Source: Pirellulaceae bacterium (GTDB taxonomy: Bacteria; Planctomycetota; Planctomycetia; Pirellulales; Pirellulaceae). From it: a stretch of 32,000 nucleotides of DNA. The stretch spans positions 24,643 through 56,642 of the forward strand of contig JAUXWY010000270.1 of NCBI GenBank assembly GCA_030681235.1, given 5' to 3'. The notes under the pieces were generated by a model. The model saw only the letters and a program-made list of their open reading frames with translations. It ran no database searches and was not told where the DNA came from. The translations under genes and the position numbers were made by a program. Shown piece by piece: positions 16,574 to 24,881 of this stretch. Numbering within the stretch: the first letter of the stretch is position 1; each line of letters starts with the position of its first letter.

Positions 16574-19500
16574 ATGCCCGCGTTGGCGGGAGTTCCGTTG
16601 CTTTTGTCGCCCAAAACGAGCCCATCCATGAACAATTTCTACAAGCCGCGCGTCAACGTCAACAACTTTTCCTTAATGTATGCGGAATCGGTTCTGCTGA
16701 GGGACTTTATTAGTTTCTCGGACCAAGACCATGACGGTCAGTTCTACCATGTGCGGTTTCGGGACAATTCACCTGGCGGGACCGGATTCCGCCTGGGGAA
16801 TGCCGTAACGAATTTGGCGGCCAACGTTTGGCATTCGATCACCTTCAATCAATTCACCAATGAACTGAGAATGGTGGGTGGTAGTGGGGCTGCGAATGAC
16901 AACTTCAGCATTCAAGTATACGACGGCAAACAGTGGAGTGACATTTCGGCCTTTGCGGTCCACACGATTGCGTCCAATGCCAACCAGCCGAATATTGCGG
17001 GTATTACTCCTATTGATCGGCCAATCTATGAGTTGGTCATGGTTGGCAATCACTTCCAAGTCCAGGATGCCGACAATTCGACTCCGCGCAAGTACCGTTT
17101 CCGTGACTCGGCGGTGGGCGGTGGGCACTTGTTGCTCAACGGAGTCATGCAAGCTGAAAACACGGTGTTCGAAATCACGGCTGGCCAATTGGGGCAACTG
17201 GAGTACTACACCGGTAATCAAGCCTCGGCTGAAGACATTATGGTCTCGGCTTATGATGGCCGGTTCTGGAGCAATTGGGGGAAGATTGCGGTGACCAATC
17301 GCGCCAACAATGCGGCGCCCATGCTGACCTACGCCAATCCGCTGCTCCGTTTGGAGCAACGCTTGGAATTAGCCAAGTTAGTCAATTTTGCGGATCCCGA
17401 TGGCAACTCGATGAAGAAGTTGCGAGTTCGCGATATGTCGCACGCCGACCCATCGGGCTTTTTGATGATGGACGACACTCGTCTGGCAAACAGCGTTTGG
17501 CACGAAATCGACGCCCGAGATCTATTCCGCATGACTTTTGTAGGAGCCAAACAGGCGTGGCGGGACCTGCTTGAGTTTCAAGCCTATGATGGAAGTCTGT
17601 GGAGTTCGACGCTGTTCGTCAGTCAGTTGACGGTCAATAACCGTTACGCCCCAACCTTGAAAGCGATTTCGCATTCGACCAACGAGCGTGCTTTCCGCGG
17701 ATTGACAGCCTTGTACGAGTTTAGTGACCAGGACGGTGATCTGTTGCAAATGCTGCGAGTTCGCGCCTACGGGACGGGCACGCTGCACGGCCGATTCTTC
17801 CGCAGTGGCGTGGAAATGACTGGAAATGTTTGGCATACGATCAGCCGAACGGATATTGGTCTGTGGGAGTTCCAAGCTGGGAAGGTTGGAATCACGACCC
17901 AGGTTGGCATTCAAGCCTCGGATGGTTTTTCGTTTACTCCCAACCAAGTGTTGGACTTCAAGGCTGTTTCGTCGACACCGGTGGTGACCGGGATTGATCG
18001 CACGATTCTGCCCGAGTTCACGATTGCTGCCAGTAGCTTGTTTAGCTACGTCGACAAAGAGAACCATCCGATGCTGTTGGTTCGAATCCGCGACACCAAC
18101 ACCTTCGTTGGATCCGGCTCGTTGTACCGCAATGGCGTCAAGCAAGATGCGGGAGTCTGGTACGAATTTGCCGGAAACACCCTGAACACTTGGACCTTCC
18201 GTTCCAACGAACACAACCGCAAGGACCGGATTCAGATTCAGGCTTATGACGGGTACGCTTGGAGCAACGTGGGCGAGTCGTGGGTGACTGGCTTCTCGAA
18301 TAAACCCGTGGTGACGACCGATGTTTCGATCACCGTCAAACCCGGAACGGTATTCCAATTGGCCGATCTGTTTTCGTACAGCGATATCGACAACCATTCG
18401 ATGAAGAAGATCCGCGTGACGGAAGGCAATGCCGACGTCCCAAGCGGTTTCTTGGCCAACGACGGCGTGCGACAGGACCCGTTCTTATGGTACGACATCG
18501 AGGCCAGCGATCTATCGAAGTGGACGTACACGGCCCACAGTTTGATCGGCATGGATCAAGTTCGCATCGCGGCTTACGACGGTTATGTTTGGAGCGACAT
18601 TGCGAATTTGGACGTGAACACCACGACCACAGCCCCGACAGTGACGCCGATCAACCGGACGGTGTTGCCGATCACGACCATGAATCTTTCCTCGCTGTAC
18701 AGCTATTTTGATGCGGACGGTGATCCGATGAATAGCCTCCGCGTGCGTGACGAGAACGCGGACGGCAACAGTGGTTACTTCACTCGCGACGGCGTGGCTC
18801 AAGCGGCCGGCGTTCAGTACGTTATCTCTGCAACGGACATTCATCGTTGGCGATTTGTCTCGGGAGACTTCTTAGGTTCTGACAACATTTCATTTTGGGC
18901 CAATGACGGCTTTGTTTGGGGCAATTTGGCCACAGGGACCGTCACTTCGGACACCCGTACCCCAACAGCGACACCTTTTAACTACACGTTGTTGCCAAGC
19001 ACGTCGATTGGTTTGGTCAATCTGTTTGGTTACTCAGACCCAGATAACCTGCCGATTCGTTGGGTGCGGGTCCGGGATACCAACGCGAACTTGAGTTCGG
19101 GCAATTTCATTAGCTCGGGCGCTCCGCAGAGCCCCAACACTTGGCTACAGGTTTCCGCATCCGATTTTGCCAACTGGTCCTTCATGGCTGGGGCTCATTC
19201 GTTCCAGGACTCGTTGCAGATCCAGGTATCGAACGGCTACAAGTGGAGCAGCGTGGTGACCGCCGTGGTCAACAGTTTCTCGTCGACACCGACTTTGGAA
19301 GTTTGGGACCGCGCCGTCAACAACAAAGATCAAATTCGGCTGCGTTATTTGTTCAATTACATGGACATCGACAACGACCCGTTGGCACGAATCCGGATTA
19401 TTGACCGCAGCGACAACGTGAGCACAGGTGTTTTGACTCGAAATGGCATCGCCATGCAGTCCAAAGTGTGGCACGAAATTGATGCGGCTGACTTGGACAA

Positions 19501-21403
19501 TTGGACGTACAAAGGCGGTGTTTATTTATCTCAAGACTCGTACTCAGTGCAAGTCTCTGACGGACACACGTGGAGCGATATCGGCGATGCCACGATCTAT
19601 TGGAGAAACTTGTACGATCCGAAACTGAGCAAGAGTTCACGACCCGCGTGGCGTGAACCAGCGTTTTCCAATGACTTTGCCTTGAATCATCTGTTCGATT
19701 TCAATCAGGGCGACAATTTCCAGGTCATGGGCGAGCACTTGTTTTTCAACGGCGATTGGCTAAATCCGAATCGTGTGTACACCTTTACACGGGCTCAATT
19801 TGGGCAAGTGAAGGTGGCGGGACGATCTTCCGATAACGGCTCGCCGATTCTCAACATTGCCGATGTTCGCGTCCGAGCGCAAATCGACAATGTCTGGAGT
19901 CAATGGTCAAGTGTGAACGTGTTGGACGCCCCTCGAATTCACGACGCTTTGAACACGGTACTCGGCACGGACGAGGTCTGGTTGGATCTCGATGGCTTTG
20001 TGGCACATCGACTAGAGTACGCGTTCGTCAGCAGGTTGGCGTTTTACTACGGGCCTAGTTCGGTTGAACGAGTCCATGGCCACGGGTTCATGGCGCCAAA
20101 CGCGAAAACACGAGCCGCGGTTCGCGAGATCTTGAACGTTTACGAGAGCATGATCGACATGAGGTTCGTCGAGGTTTCGGAGTTTGTAGATTTCGATCTT
20201 GGCATCGGTTGGATGGACATGACGGACTACCCAACTTCGCAATATGCCTACACCGTGCGTAATGCCGCTGTGTTTCATGATCCGGACGTGCCCTTTGACC
20301 ATACGCTGGACGGCGATATGTGGTTCAACACGGCGTTTAGCGGTGCCGGCACTCTGTCGCTTACCGATCCAGATCAAGGCGAATGGGGTTACACGACCTA
20401 CATTCGCGAAATCGGTCGCTCGTTGGGATTGGCTTACACCAACGCCGGATCCGTGATTCTGAATGAGACCCCCTTCTTGAGTCCTGATTGGTTGGGGATC
20501 AGTCACAGCTACAACTCGGTTTTGTCCCGGGAAGCGGATTACCATCCGAACCCGATCACTCCTATGCTCTACGACGTTCTTGAGCTGCAGTCGCGGTACG
20601 GAGCAAATAGGTTCCATGCGACCGGTGATAATTTGTATGTCTTCGATGACACGCAACCGAGAGTGCGTTTGATTTGGGATGCAGGTGGAAACGACACGCT
20701 CAGTTTTGAGAGTGCGAACTTGGTCTCAGGCGATGGGTTTAAAGCGATCATCGACCTCCGCGAAGGTGGCAGTAGCTTTATTCTCGATCCGTCCATCCCG
20801 ACCAACAACCGCGACTTCTACCGATTTGGCAGAATGACCATCGCAATCAATACCCACATCGAACGCGCTTTAAGCTCGAATGGTGACGACGTGCTGATTG
20901 GCAGCAACCGTAACAACTCGTTGTTCGGTGGTCTGGGTAACGACGTGTTGATTGGTGGTGGCGGCGACGACTTCCTAGACGGTGGCTTGGGAGACGATCG
21001 CTACATCGTCGGTTTTGGTCACCAAGGTGTGATTGCCTTCGGCCATCGCGCTGCGACGATCTTCGAAAACGCTGGCGGTGGACATGATCGTTTGGAAGTG
21101 TACGACACGGATCCATTCTTCGAAATCATGAAGCGTCCAGTCATTTTCCAACGAGATCTCGCGTTCCATCGCGATGACCAAAATCTGTCGATCGAATTGA
21201 CTCTGGACAACAATGCGGCTGAGTCCACAGTTCTCGTGCGCCGCATGGACTTGGCGGAATCGCAGATCGAGACATTGGCATTCGGCACGACCAACGTGGA
21301 CTTGGTCCACATCTTCAACAGCTTGGCCACTGATGGAGTTTGGACCCGGTTCCAACTGAGTGGTGCCTCCAGTGCCAATGGCTTGTTGGTAGCCCCGCTG
21401 TAG
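16574..21403 (+). CDS. Giant leaderless RTX protein: ten tandem ~110-aa modules, a degenerate serralysin-like (M10B) domain, an RTX beta-roll and an HCBP-like tail
   Basis: Single 1609-codon ORF with no N-terminal signal peptide. The alternative start at ATG 16628 (MNNFYK) puts module 1 almost at the N-terminus. The C-terminal 460 aa are collinear with serralysin/AprA (see sub-features). Confidence 0.85.
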   Translation: MPALAGVPLLLSPKTSPSMNNFYKPRVNVNNFSLMYAESVLLRDFISFSDQDHDGQFYHVRFRDNSPGGTGFRLGNAVTNLAANVWHSITFNQFTNELRMVGGSGAANDNFSIQVYDGKQWSDISAFAVHTIASNANQPNIAGITPIDRPIYELVMVGNHFQVQDADNSTPRKYRFRDSAVGGGHLLLNGVMQAENTVFEITAGQLGQLEYYTGNQASAEDIMVSAYDGRFWSNWGKIAVTNRANNAAPMLTYANPLLRLEQRLELAKLVNFADPDGNSMKKLRVRDMSHADPSGFLMMDDTRLANSVWHEIDARDLFRMTFVGAKQAWRDLLEFQAYDGSLWSSTLFVSQLTVNNRYAPTLKAISHSTNERAFRGLTALYEFSDQDGDLLQMLRVRAYGTGTLHGRFFRSGVEMTGNVWHTISRTDIGLWEFQAGKVGITTQVGIQASDGFSFTPNQVLDFKAVSSTPVVTGIDRTILPEFTIAASSLFSYVDKENHPMLLVRIRDTNTFVGSGSLYRNGVKQDAGVWYEFAGNTLNTWTFRSNEHNRKDRIQIQAYDGYAWSNVGESWVTGFSNKPVVTTDVSITVKPGTVFQLADLFSYSDIDNHSMKKIRVTEGNADVPSGFLANDGVRQDPFLWYDIEASDLSKWTYTAHSLIGMDQVRIAAYDGYVWSDIANLDVNTTTTAPTVTPINRTVLPITTMNLSSLYSYFDADGDPMNSLRVRDENADGNSGYFTRDGVAQAAGVQYVISATDIHRWRFVSGDFLGSDNISFWANDGFVWGNLATGTVTSDTRTPTATPFNYTLLPSTSIGLVNLFGYSDPDNLPIRWVRVRDTNANLSSGNFISSGAPQSPNTWLQVSASDFANWSFMAGAHSFQDSLQIQVSNGYKWSSVVTAVVNSFSSTPTLEVWDRAVNNKDQIRLRYLFNYMDIDNDPLARIRIIDRSDNVSTGVLTRNGIAMQSKVWHEIDAADLDNWTYKGGVYLSQDSYSVQVSDGHTWSDIGDATIYWRNLYDPKLSKSSRPAWREPAFSNDFALNHLFDFNQGDNFQVMGEHLFFNGDWLNPNRVYTFTRAQFGQVKVAGRSSDNGSPILNIADVRVRAQIDNVWSQWSSVNVLDAPRIHDALNTVLGTDEVWLDLDGFVAHRLEYAFVSRLAFYYGPSSVERVHGHGFMAPNAKTRAAVREILNVYESMIDMRFVEVSEFVDFDLGIGWMDMTDYPTSQYAYTVRNAAVFHDPDVPFDHTLDGDMWFNTAFSGAGTLSLTDPDQGEWGYTTYIREIGRSLGLAYTNAGSVILNETPFLSPDWLGISHSYNSVLSREADYHPNPITPMLYDVLELQSRYGANRFHATGDNLYVFDDTQPRVRLIWDAGGNDTLSFESANLVSGDGFKAIIDLREGGSSFILDPSIPTNNRDFYRFGRMTIAINTHIERALSSNGDDVLIGSNRNNSLFGGLGNDVLIGGGGDDFLDGGLGDDRYIVGFGHQGVIAFGHRAATIFENAGGGHDRLEVYDTDPFFEIMKRPVIFQRDLAFHRDDQNLSIELTLDNNAAESTVLVRRMDLAESQIETLAFGTTNVDLVHIFNSLATDGVWTRFQLSGASSANGLLVAPL
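16650..19935 (+). repeat. Protein-level tandem array: ten divergent ~109-111-aa modules
   Basis: A conserved (Y/S/N)-D/N-G anchor recurs at nt 16919, 17252, 17585, 17918, 18245, 18575, 18902, 19229 and 19556, with a degenerate copy at 19883. The spacing is 333, 333, 333, 327, 330, 327, 327, 327 and 327 nt. Each module follows the pattern F.Y.D.D(G/N)..[x]..RVRD...G.F...G.......W..I.A.DL..W.F..G......I.IQAYDG..WS. Confidence 0.85.
20006..20608 (+). other. Serralysin-like metzincin domain with a degenerate active site
   Basis: Collinear with serralysin/AprA. RLEYAFVS matches LSYSFLT. MWFN matches SWYL. YIREIGRSLGLAY (nt 20405-20437 for REIGRSLGLAY) matches THEIGHxLGLSH. SVLSR (20516-20530) matches the Met-turn SVMSY. 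MLYDVLELQSRYGAN matches LLDDIAAIQxLYGAN. Confidence 0.8.
20873..21010 (+). other. RTX (GGxGxD) calcium-binding nonapeptide repeats
   Basis: SSNGDDVLIGSNRNNSLFGGLGNDVLIGGGGDDFLDGGLGDDRYIV, preceded by LIWDAGGNDTLSF as in the serralysin C-terminal domain. A segment resembling the haemolysin-type calcium-binding-protein related domain follows (DLAFHRDDQNLSIEL...QIETLAFG). Confidence 0.85.
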
Positions 21404-21423
21404 TCGTGTACTTGGTTGGATTG

Positions 21424-22278
21424 ATGGCCGTCCAGTTTTCGCAAACGTTAACCCGCCGCGTGTTCGGTTTTGCCGATCAGCGGCGGTTTTTTTCGTGGGT
21501 TGGCGTCGTCTTATCGGGTAGCGCTGTCTCCGTGTGTCTGCTAACTTTTTTAAGTTCTGCGGTAGTTGGCCAAGAACGCAACGGCCAAACGACCTCAAAC
21601 GCACTCTTGACACCATCAGACGACCTGCTGCGTCAAGCGTCTCGCGAACGGTGGTCTCAGGATGTGGAGCGTCTTCGGCAATTGGACGATTTGGAAACCT
21701 ATCCCGACAACGCGGTGCTGTTTATCGGCAGCAGTAGCATTCGATTGTGGGACAACATCCAGGAAGATCTGGCTCCAATCATTCCGATCCGTCGCGGATT
21801 CGGAGGTGCCAAGAGCGTGGATTTGGCCGTTTTTTCGGCGGAATTGATGCAATCCCATCGTTACTCGGCGTTGGTTGTCTTTGTGGCAAACGACATTGCC
21901 GGAGAAGCTGACAAAGTGGGTCAAGATCCGGAAAAAGTGGTCGCGTGGCTCAAGGAGGTCTGGCTGGTTTCCCGGCAACATCAGCCCAACGCTCCGTTAT
22001 TGCTGATCGAGATCACGCCCACCGCGAGTCGACGCCATGTTTGGGAGCAGCAACGGGAGCTCAATCATCGGCTGCGAAACTGGACTCTACAGGAACCCAA
22101 CGTTTATTTCCTGCCCACGGCCGAGTATTTCTTAGATGCTCAGGACGAGGTGCGCCACGAGTTGTTTGTCGAGGATCGACTGCACTTGAATCGCGAGGGG
22201 TATCGCGTGTGGGGGAGCTTGATTCGACGCCGATTGAAAGAGTTGCTGCCCGGTAATCCCGCGTCCACCGGAAAATAG
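21424..22278 (+). CDS. SGNH/GDSL-family hydrolase with an N-terminal membrane anchor or signal
   Basis: Block I VLFIGSSSIRLWD (nucleophile Ser), block III VVFVANDI, block V EDRLHLNREGY (DxxH). Hydrophobic N-terminus FFSWVGVVLSGSAVSVCLLTFLSSAVVG. ATG 21424 lies 21 nt after the RTX gene stop. The ORF-track start at 21340 would overlap that gene. Confidence 0.7.
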   Translation: MAVQFSQTLTRRVFGFADQRRFFSWVGVVLSGSAVSVCLLTFLSSAVVGQERNGQTTSNALLTPSDDLLRQASRERWSQDVERLRQLDDLETYPDNAVLFIGSSSIRLWDNIQEDLAPIIPIRRGFGGAKSVDLAVFSAELMQSHRYSALVVFVANDIAGEADKVGQDPEKVVAWLKEVWLVSRQHQPNAPLLLIEITPTASRRHVWEQQRELNHRLRNWTLQEPNVYFLPTAEYFLDAQDEVRHELFVEDRLHLNREGYRVWGSLIRRRLKELLPGNPASTGK

Positions 22279-22366
22279 CCTGGTTTCAAACGGCCCGGCA
22301 TCTGTTACAACTGAGCGGCCAGCCCAGCAAAGTTCGGGCTGCTGTTTCGAACTCATTTGGCACAGG

Positions 22367-23800
22367 ATGCGTCGTTTTATGAGTGGCAAGGTCAAACCCA
22401 TCCAGTACCGTTGGAACGGTGCTCTGCTCCCGCATTATGGGATCTCCAGCGGTGATATTGAAGGCTTGTACCCGGAATTGGCCAAGATCCGCGATCAAGT
22501 ATTCTCTCACGAACTGCCGCTCTACTACGCGAATTCGGGTGTGCCGGACGCGTGGCAACCACTAGACGCAGGGTTCATCGAACTGCCTCAGCGTTTGCTG
22601 AGCGACTACCAGACGCAACGCGAGGCCAGTGAATTGGGCCGAATTTTGTCCGTCGCGAAACGTCTTCGCGACCAAGTGGATCGAGTCGTCGTGTTGGGCA
22701 TCGGCGGCAGCTACATGGGGGCTCGCGCGATTCTCGAATCGTGTTGCCAACCGTATTACAACGAATGGAGTCGCGCCGAACGAGGCGGTCGCCCGCGCAT
22801 CTATTTTGAAGGCAACAATGTCGACAATGACCACAGTCAAGCGTTGTTGCAGTTCTTGGGCAATGGTCAACCAGCCCAGTCGGTGGATGAGCGTTGGGCG
22901 TTAGTCGTGATCAGCAAAAGCGGCGGGACGATGGAAACAGCCGTGGCGTTCCGACAGTTCCTTCGTGCTTTAGAAAGCTCGTTGGGAGCGGAAAAACATC
23001 GTTTGCCTGAATTTGTGATTCCGGTGACTGGCGAAACCGGCAAGTTGGCGTCTTTGGCTGACGCGATTGGCTGCCAAGAGCGATTTCCGGTGCCGGACGG
23101 AGTCGGCGGCCGCTTCTCCATATTTAGTGCGGTCGGATTGTTGCCGGCGGCGTTGATGGGCGTGGATATCGTGGCCATGTTGCAAGGCGCTGTGGCCATG
23201 ACCGAGCGGTTCAAGACACAAGGGTTGGGGAATAACCCGGTGCTGGATTATACGGCGGTATGCCATTTGACCGAGAAGCTCCGCGGGCACCATACTCGCA
23301 TCATGTCGGTTTGGTCCAAGTCGTTGGAAGCCGTCGGTTTGTGGTACGACCAATTGTTGGCCGAGAGTATCGGGAAGCAAGAAGTCGGCGCTTTGCCTCT
23401 AACGGTGGTCAACACGCGAGATTTGCATTCCCGAGCCCAACAACATCAAGAGGGGCGGCGCGACAAATTGATTACGAATGTCGTTTTGGACTCGTGGCGC
23501 TACGATCCGCTGCCGGTTGGCAGTAGCGTGAACGACCAGGACGGACTAAATGAAATTGCGAACAAGTCGTTACCCGAATTGATGACCGCCGCGATCGCCG
23601 GAACGAATCAAGCTTACTTGGAAGATTCTCGCCTGACGACAGATTTACATTTGCCGGCGTCCGACGAATCCAGCATCGGACAATTGTTTCAAATGTTGAT
23701 GTTGGCCACCGTGGTCGAGGGACGATTGCTAAACATCAATCCCTACGGTCAACCTGGAGTCGAGAAGTACAAAACCAACATGAAACGACTTCTAAAGTAG
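22367..23800 (+). CDS. pgi: Glucose-6-phosphate isomerase
   Basis: VVVLGIGGSYMGARAI, VVISKSGGTMET, GGRFSIFSAVGLLPAALMG, ESIGK and the conserved C-terminal NPYGQPGVEKYK. The start is ambiguous between ATG 22367 and ATG 22379. Confidence 0.9.
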   Translation: MRRFMSGKVKPIQYRWNGALLPHYGISSGDIEGLYPELAKIRDQVFSHELPLYYANSGVPDAWQPLDAGFIELPQRLLSDYQTQREASELGRILSVAKRLRDQVDRVVVLGIGGSYMGARAILESCCQPYYNEWSRAERGGRPRIYFEGNNVDNDHSQALLQFLGNGQPAQSVDERWALVVISKSGGTMETAVAFRQFLRALESSLGAEKHRLPEFVIPVTGETGKLASLADAIGCQERFPVPDGVGGRFSIFSAVGLLPAALMGVDIVAMLQGAVAMTERFKTQGLGNNPVLDYTAVCHLTEKLRGHHTRIMSVWSKSLEAVGLWYDQLLAESIGKQEVGALPLTVVNTRDLHSRAQQHQEGRRDKLITNVVLDSWRYDPLPVGSSVNDQDGLNEIANKSLPELMTAAIAGTNQAYLEDSRLTTDLHLPASDESSIGQLFQMLMLATVVEGRLLNINPYGQPGVEKYKTNMKRLLK

Positions 23801-23834
23801 GTCCTGTCCCTGGTTCGAGGTTGGAGAAGCCATC

Positions 23835-24539
23835 GTGAGTTCAAGCGAATCGTTCACCACCGATTTGACATGGTATGGTCACGCCACGTGGCGTTTGCGA
23901 GTCGCCGGGAAATCGATTTGGATCGATCCGTTTCTAAATGACAATCCGAGCTGTCCGGTTGGAGTGGCGGACGTTGAAGCGTGCCATGCCGTTTTGTTGA
24001 CGCACGGGCATTTCGACCATGTGGCTAATGCCGCCGAATTGGTCAATCGATTCGCGGCCACCTTGGTTGCCAACTACGAGATTGTTCAATGGTTTTCGAC
24101 CAAATACGGTGTGACCAATGGCATTGGTATGAATGTCGGTGGTCGAACCAGTGTCGCCGGCGTATCGGTCAAGATGGTACCCGCAATCCACAGTTCGTCT
24201 CTGCCCGATGGAAGCTACGGCGGCATCGCCAGTGGTTTTTTGGTTGAAACAGGGCCAACCAACGTCTATATTGCGGGTGATACTTGTGTCTTTTCTGACA
24301 TGTCCCGAGTCGCGACGCGGATCGACTTGGCGATTTTGCCGATTGGAGACTTGTTCACGATGGGACCAGGGGACAGTATCGAAGCCATTCAATTACTGAA
24401 ACCGACTCAGGTCGTTCCGTCTCATTACAATACTTGGCCCCCAATTGCGCAGGATGTGCAAAAATGGGCGCGAGATGTCAAATCGCAAACAAATGCCTTA
24501 CCAATCACCCCGACGATTGGCAGCCCCTTTTTGATTTGA
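23835..24539 (+). CDS. UPF0173-family metal-dependent hydrolase (metallo-beta-lactamase fold)
   Basis: LTWYGHATWRL...IWIDPFL, VLLTHGHFDHV, YIAGDTCVFSDM, LAILPIGDLFTMGP and VVPSHYNTWP are collinear with UPF0173 proteins. The GTG start is preceded by GGAGAAG about 8 nt upstream. Confidence 0.85.
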   Translation: MSSSESFTTDLTWYGHATWRLRVAGKSIWIDPFLNDNPSCPVGVADVEACHAVLLTHGHFDHVANAAELVNRFAATLVANYEIVQWFSTKYGVTNGIGMNVGGRTSVAGVSVKMVPAIHSSSLPDGSYGGIASGFLVETGPTNVYIAGDTCVFSDMSRVATRIDLAILPIGDLFTMGPGDSIEAIQLLKPTQVVPSHYNTWPPIAQDVQKWARDVKSQTNALPITPTIGSPFLI

Positions 24540-24577
24540 TAGCGATAGTCCCAGGATTATTTTTGAAAGCGTTTCCG

Positions 24578-24727
24578 ATGTCTCAGAGCAGTCGTTTCTT
24601 TTCGACTGGGACTTTGATGATTGCCATGGTGTTGTTTTCGACGGGTAAAATACTTGCCAGTCCGAAACTCGAATCAGCGCCACAAGAAGATCCCTCGACG
24701 GTCAAAAGTCACACTTGTGTTGGATGA
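24578..24727 (+). CDS. Hypothetical small protein (49 aa) with a signal-peptide-like N-terminus
   Basis: ATG 24578 gives MSQSSRFFSTGTLMIAMVLFSTGKILASPKLESAPQEDPSTVKSHTCVG. The only support is the ORF and the hydrophobic segment. No family recognised and no clear RBS. Confidence 0.2.
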   Translation: MSQSSRFFSTGTLMIAMVLFSTGKILASPKLESAPQEDPSTVKSHTCVG

Positions 24728-24839
24728 AGAACATACATTTGATAAAGAAACGGACCATCAGCGAGAAAGAGTGGTTTGGTTCGCAACACTTGGTCGCAAG
24801 ATATTTGCGGCCGATTAGTGGTTTGTCGAGATCCTCACC

Positions 24840-24861
24840 GTCGCGTTCGGGCGAACGTGAC
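24840..24861 (-). terminator. Candidate hairpin downstream of the Ser/Thr kinase gene
   Basis: GTCGCGTTCG GG CGAACGTGAC is a 10-nt inverted repeat with one G-T pair, about 20 nt beyond the kinase stop (24882-24884). There is no U-tract on either strand. Confidence 0.25.
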
Positions 24862-24881
24862 TGCAAGGCCAACCGCCATTG

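Noticed and set aside
16650-19935. The repeat array in the RTX gene as a DNA-level tandem repeat or VNTR.
   Set aside because: Nucleotide similarity between units is confined to short motif codons. The repeats are recognisable only at the protein level, so it is not a recent or unstable DNA repeat.
22320-22341. Hairpin CAGCCC-N10-GGGCTG after the SGNH hydrolase gene as a terminator.
   Set aside because: The stem is only 6 bp and the trailing T-tract (CTGTTTCG) is weak, so it is indistinguishable from chance.
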